Positions 58,301 to 64,000 of a stretch of 64,000 nucleotides of DNA are shown here, in pieces; the stretch's first letter is position 1, and each line of letters opens with the position of its first letter. Made by a program: the position numbers and the translations under genes. This DNA is from Euglena gracilis (Eukaryota), in NCBI GenBank assembly GCA_039621445.1, contig CP154954.1:45673847-45737846 (forward strand), in the 5' to 3' direction. Below the pieces are notes generated by a model, which was not told the DNA's origin, did no database searches, and saw nothing but the letters and a program-made list of their open reading frames with translations.

Positions 58301-60377
58301 TTTTTTGTTTCAAAAAAAAACAAACCGTCAACCTTGGTGAAGGTCGTGACCTTGCATGTGTCCATTTGTTTCTTCCAGTTTGTTCGGCACAATCAATGCT
58401 AATCCTAGAATGTTCCCCCGCGACCATTACACACATTCCCCATTTGGTTCCTCTTATCTGGAAATTCTGATCATGGTGCAGGCTGGATGGAGGTAGAGGG
58501 ATATCCCTCTATGTCTAAGAAAATCGTGATGGGCCAACACTCGTTTGCGTTAAAGTGATGTGAAAGCTGTGAGAAGATGGTGGTTGGGGGTGAAATTCTG
58601 ATGAGAGAAATTTTGTTCTTTCTCATCTCAAAGGGGGTGTTTCCCCCGCGATCCCCCCGCGACCCCCCCCCCCGCGACCCCCCCGCGACCCCACCCTGAG
58701 CCCGATTTGGGTTTCCAAAAAATACAAAAAATTTGCATTAATTAGGAATTTGCCACCCAATTAGGAATCAAAAACACGAAAAATTGGTCCCAAATTCCTA
58801 ATTGGACCTATTTTCGGACCCAAATGGCGCGCAAATTCCTAATTGGGATCTAAAATTAGAGGGTAGGACGACGTCACACAAGGCACACATGACCTGCCGC
58901 GAAACCCATTTCCCCGGGGGCGGCTGGCCGTCCGTCCGTCCGAGCCGTCCGGACCTCTTCAGCCGGACCAATGCTGAACGCCCAGCCGTCCGTTCGGACG
59001 AAGCATTTTTTCGCCAGCCGTCCGTCCAGCCGGACCTATGTCTGTCTTGCCAGCCGGCCGGACCAAAAAATTTTTTTTCCTTGCTGTCTTTCGAAAAGCT
59101 GTCACGGCTCCCCTCCACTCTTCGCGTCAAATCAAGAAATGGCCGCGTCTGGGGCGCCTCCACCTTTTTTTTAGTGGCCTGAAAAATTTTATGGGGCACG
59201 ACGCAACCTCGGTTTCATCCACCGCGGCGGATTAGTCAACAGCACCAAAAGACGGCGCCGGAAGAACTGGAATAGGGGGTAAGTCGCCCCCCCCCCCCCT
59301 CCACACCCACCACAACGTTTTCACCGTTTTCGGGAAAACGGGGATTTTGCCCAGAAAGTTTTTGAAAAATAAAACCCAAAAACACGTGATTTTTGATGGA
59401 AAAAAACTTTTTTCACAAAAAACCTCAAAATTTTCCGTCCTAAAAACTCATACTTTTGAGGAGGGGGGTCAATAAAGTAAACAAACTTTTGGCACAGTCA
59501 AATTTCACTGACATTTTTCTCGTTGAACAACACATATTTTGCCAAAAAAAAGGAAACAAAACGCTTTTCTGCCCCCCCTTTCCAAGAGAATGGTACCCAA
59601 ACAACTCCTTTCTGAGAGAATCCTGTGGCTCAAAACTGGCCACCACATCTAGCCCAAAACTGGATGAACATCTGGCCCAATCTGGCCCAAAAAAAAAACC
59701 ATGACATCGCAAAAAATGTGAAATGGAAAATTTTGGCCCGTTTGCCAGATTGAAAAACTTCTCCCAACTTTGGTTTCCAAGAACATTTTTCGAACAGCAT
59801 AACAAGAACAATAAAGAACGCAAGAAACAAAAATGGAAGTTTCAGAAGAAAACCAGCATCTAAGGACAAAATGTCTGTGCAATCTCTCTTCAGACTTCTG
59901 ATCCAAGTAGCAAGTACCAAGCAGAAAATAAGTAGACCCACCAAGGGCCTGTCACCGTGTTGCAGGCAGGCCTCTGCTCGCTCGAATGTGTATTTGTTCA
60001 GAGCAAAGGCCTGCATGTGGTGATGTGCCCTTTCCACAAAGCAATAAGTTCCTGCAAATTCACTTCATTTCAGCACCCTGTACTATCATCATAACCATCC
60101 CACACCTCTTCCACCCGAAACGGCATTGTGACACTGAGTAGAACGATTGGGAATGGAAGCATTTTTTTGCGTGTGGTGATTCATAATTTCTTCAGAGGAA
60201 GCGTAGGCTGGGGATCTTTGATGTGCCCTATGAATCAAATTAACTAGAACAGAAGAAATTGGCATACTACAACATTCAAAATGTGGTATTTTTCGAGATT
60301 TGGTGTTCGAAGCTTTCTTCGTCCATCTTCATTTTATGGACTGGTCCTTTTCCACTTCTGATATTTCAATGTGTCGT

Positions 60378-60448
60378 GCACACAGTATAATTGGTGTGGC
60401 ATGCAGTTCGCAACCGTGAGCTCGCGGGTTCAAATCCCGCTGTGTGCA
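60378..60448 (+). tRNA. tRNA-like sequence or tRNA pseudogene (nominal anticodon CGC, identity uncertain)
   Basis: Perfect acceptor stem GCACACA/TGTGTGC and T-arm GCGGG-TTCAAAT-CCCGC; D and anticodon stems pair poorly. Confidence 0.55.
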
Positions 60449-61038
60449 AGTTTTCATCATTGTAAAATGTCTTTTTTTGCACCGAGCACCCAGAATTAGG
60501 ACTTGCCCAGTTCGCGACAACAACAAAAAAAGCCGGCAAGCGGGCCAGCCGGCCAGCGGGCCACCCGGCTAGCCGGCTAGCCGGCTAGCTGGACCAATTG
60601 CATTTTCTTCAGCCGTCTGGACCAAGGCCACAACTTCAGCCGTCCGTCCGGACCTTCGCTTTTTTCACCAGCCGTCCGTCCGTCCGTCCGTCCGCCTCCC
60701 CCCCGCGACCCCCACCCCGCGACCCCCCCGCGCCCGCCCCCGCGACCCCAACACCCCCAAAACGGTCGTTTTGAGGTTAATGGCTCATGGACTTCCATCG
60801 AAATTTCTGACAACTTGCCAAAAATGCCATTTTTAGTCATTTCTGACCATTTTTGGCCCAAAAAAAAAAAGCAAGGTTGGCCGTTCGTTTTTTTTTTTAA
60901 AACAAAAAAAACATGTTTTTTTAAAAAAAAAATGTTTTTTTAAAAAAACAAAAAAAACGCCATAGGGGGTTTGAGTGAAAATTTTATTTGGGAGAAGTAT
61001 TGTATAGTTTCCCCTTTTTGTGCAGCTTATTTCTTCAC

Positions 61039-61640
61039 ATGCCTGGAAGAAACGAAGATGGCGTTTGGAAGGCATTCGCAAAGTTCAAGCCACCTGGGAA
61101 GTCATATAACTGGGGAAGGTGCAATGGATGCTCTTCCTGGTGTGTTGGTGTTTGTTTGACTTTTTTGAATGATTGCATTCTTTCTTTCTTTCATTCTTTC
61201 TTTCTTTCAGGGTTGGTGGATCGCTTGCGTGAGCATGCGGATACCTGTGACGCTTTGCAAGGAAAGGGGATGTGGGAGAAGTCTTCTCAACCACCGACGA
61301 AAAAGGTCAAGCAAACCGTCCTCACCTTTGGAGCGACAACAATTGAGGTACTTTTTTTTAAGAGATATATTTTTGAAAATCAAAATGCAGGTCTTGGAGA
61401 GGCAAGAGGGGAGATTTGTTTTTGCGCCAAACAGCCCTTTCAAAATTGTTGAGCACCCGGAGTATGTGGAGATGATGAATGTGGCTCGTCCTGGTATAAA
61501 GTTGCCAAAGCGAAAAGTTGTGGGAGGGCGGATTCTCAACACCGTGTATGACGAAGAATGGAAAAAGTTTGCTGCTTCTTTGGATGGAAAACATTGCACT
61601 ATGTCAATGGATGGGTGGTCCACTTTGACAAAGCAGCCTT
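61039..61640 (+). pseudogene. hAT transposase N-terminal fragment with two GT-AG introns (61148..61210, 61348..61390)
   Basis: MPGRNEDGVWKAF..CNGC..HADTC BED finger; after splicing NSPFKIVEHPEY..ARPGIKLPKRK..MSMDGWS. Probable element end CAAGGTTGG at 60872. Confidence 0.8.
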
Positions 61641-63110
61641 ACATTGCAAGGGGAGAGCGGCCGTTTCCGCCCACATACAAGAAGTCTTGAATAAATTCCG
61701 TAACATGCACGCTCTGGCTGGCGCCTTGGTCCAAGACAAAATAACAAGGTCAGGCGAGGCACTCTAAATAGCAATGGGCGTTTCCGGCCCCTCGGTAAAT
61801 TTCACTATGTAATTTTCCATCAGGTCCCGGAAATTTTCCGTGGCGATTTCCATCCGGAAAAATAACCTCCTTGCGACTTGCGTAGGAAAGAAAATGGAAA
61901 ACGTTCCGCGCCTCGCAAAGACTTGTTCTTACCAGCGCAAGGAGTATTATTCAAGAGAAGCGGTCCCCCCCCTCGAAAAGTTGGACTGGAACGTTTTTTT
62001 TCACTGCTTGTGTTTGCCGAAAAAACAACAACTTCAAAACAAACAAGAAGACGAACCAGAATATGTGAAGTGACGGTTTTGGCCACCACCTGTGGCCCAG
62101 CCAAAACTGGCCACGACCTGTGGTCCAAAACTGGCCACCCCCTGTGGCCAGGGTGGGTCGTCGTCTTTTATTACTCGTTTAAAACATCGTTTAAAACCAG
62201 TTTAAAACCGTCGTCATAAACCAAAAAGACAGGTTTTCGACGTATGGAAAAAGACCTATTAAAGTTTGGCGAAGCGCCAGTACCGGCAACGACCGGCGTG
62301 TTCCCGCCAACGAGTGCAGTGTCATGCAAGATTGTTCATCGGCGCCGAAAAGTCCGTTCCGGAGCCCGTGGAAAACCTAAGGCAGGTATTTTATTCCCGC
62401 CCACCTCGGAACGGCAACAGTGGCCCTTTTTTTGTGTTTGTTTGGAGCTGTTGGAGGTAACCCTGTAAAATGCAACGCTGAAAACCCGTTTTGTGCGCCC
62501 GATTTTGGTATCAAATGCAACAGAAGACAACTTCAGAAACTTCTTTTTTTGCGATTTCTCAGTCCGGGGCGCGCGCCGCAGCAGACGGCGTGCGTGCAGA
62601 GGATACACGTGCCGAAAAACACGTGGGTGCACCCCGTGGCTGCTGTGCATCTGGAGGGGGGGGGGGGGGCTCAATCTGAAAAAGGGGGACCAAAGCCAAA
62701 GGGGTCAGGGGGGGGCCGAAGGTGGTCGAAGGCAGACCCATTTAGCGAGAAAGATGGTGGCCCTTTGCTGAAAACGGAGGGAAACCAGCAGTGCAGGTGG
62801 TAATAGCAAAGGGGGGGGGGGCAGCCAAGGGGTGAATGATGCCGGACACATTACGCACGATTGAAACGTAAAGGGAAGGGGAGGAGGTGGTTTAAACTGC
62901 CTCGTCCTCCTCGGCAGTATTCCAATGGGGAATGTTCCTGTTCAGCTCCCGTGACAGGAACGACAGCCGGTGCCAAGCTTCGTTTTAAGACTGTCAGGGG
63001 GGGGGACGAACCCCGGCCGGCCCTGGACCGCGCAACCGGGGGGGGATGAGGGTGCCTTCAGACTTAAAACGAAGGCTGGCCGGTGCGCCCTCTCCAAGCC
63101 AAGTCTGGGG

Positions 63111-63355
63111 CGTACATCTGTCTAAGCCCCGGGGGGGGGGGGGGGGGGTTCTGGGCTGGGGACAGAAAAGTGGGGTGGCTGAAAAATCGGGCTGGCAAAC
63201 CCGCCCCCACCCCCTCGTGCAGGCGGAACCACGCGGAACCTGAACTGCTGAGAGGTGGACGGAAAGCGGAAAAATGCCTAAAAAAAACACATTCCGGTCG
63301 CAACCTTGAAGAACTGATGCATGGGGGGAATCACTGGACCCTAAAGAGATGTACG
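63111..63355. mobile_element. hAT-type MITE related to 10038..10508
   Basis: TIR CGTACATCT / AGATGTACG; TSD GTCTGGGG / GTCTGGTG (one mismatch). Confidence 0.7.
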
Positions 63356-64000
63356 GTCTGGTGCGCAGCACCCCGTACGTCAGCTTCAGGGTGCTGAGCT
63401 GGCAGCATTCCGGTGCTCAAGGGGTCAGGGGGCCCGGGGGGGGGGGGCTGCCTTTTTTATAAAAAACCAGGCAGTCACGTGTTTTCGGGTAACAGGTGAG
63501 TCAGTCCCCCCCCTGGACGCATCAGAATTTGACTGGGAATATCGTCTTCTGTTGACAAACACCCGCAGGAGGGACAGTCAGAGCACAGGGTTGATTGCCG
63601 CTCCAATGTGGCGCTGGTCGCCGCCGCACCATGGAGGCGCAGAGCCAGGTCTGTCATCTTCGGGGGAAATCCATGACAGGTTCCCCGGCCAATTTTTTTT
63701 CCGAACCCCCCCGGCGATGGGGTCGGATCAGTTTGATGAAAACCGGACTGCCACTCACTTTCAGTAGAGCAATCAGACAAAAAAAATGTGCAACCCAGAC
63801 TGCCACTGGCCACTACCAACCAAAAAATAAGGTACACAGTTTAAACACCCCACCTGACTGCGAAACCTGGAACCAAACGCCTCCCCGCTGACCACCACGT
63901 ACACTCGTCAACGTCCGTCTCCATTCGATCTGCTGTGAACGGCGCGGCCTGCCCCAGCCACATGGTGATGGCCCCGTCCTCGACCCGTTCCCCGATCCAC

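Overview
Eukaryotic, transposon-saturated DNA, most likely from a euglenid (Euglena-like). The evidence is two matches to the Euglena spliced-leader (SL) exon, introns with the euglenid nonconventional Y|RnnCAG...CTGnnnnY|R layout, and TTAGGG-type repeats. Most ORF-track entries are noise from G/C homopolymers and MITEs. Real content: (1) One host gene on the minus strand (about 2254..15161), missed by the ORF track, encoding a two-RRM Scw1/Whi3/RBPMS-like RNA-binding protein in at least 8 small exons. One of its introns is exactly a hAT-type MITE plus one copy of its 8-bp target-site duplication (TSD), and an older intron keeps hAT-like CAGGG termini, pointing to hAT MITEs as the source of nonconventional introns. 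(2) Two decayed CRE/SLACS-like non-LTR retrotransposons (RT plus restriction-like endonuclease), each starting with an SL exon and carrying T2A-like ribosome-skip motifs (one in copy 1; two canonical and two degenerate in copy 2). (3) A young Ty3/Gypsy chromovirus inserted in copy 1, with a DIRS/Dam-like N6-adenine DNA methyltransferase domain between protease and RT. (4) Many nested DNA transposons (hAT with 8- and 7-bp TSDs, TA-flanked MITEs, a Mutator-like element carrying a ~190-bp satellite and telomere-like repeats), hAT transposase remnants and a tRNA-like sequence. All calls come from reading the sequence by eye; no database searches were run.
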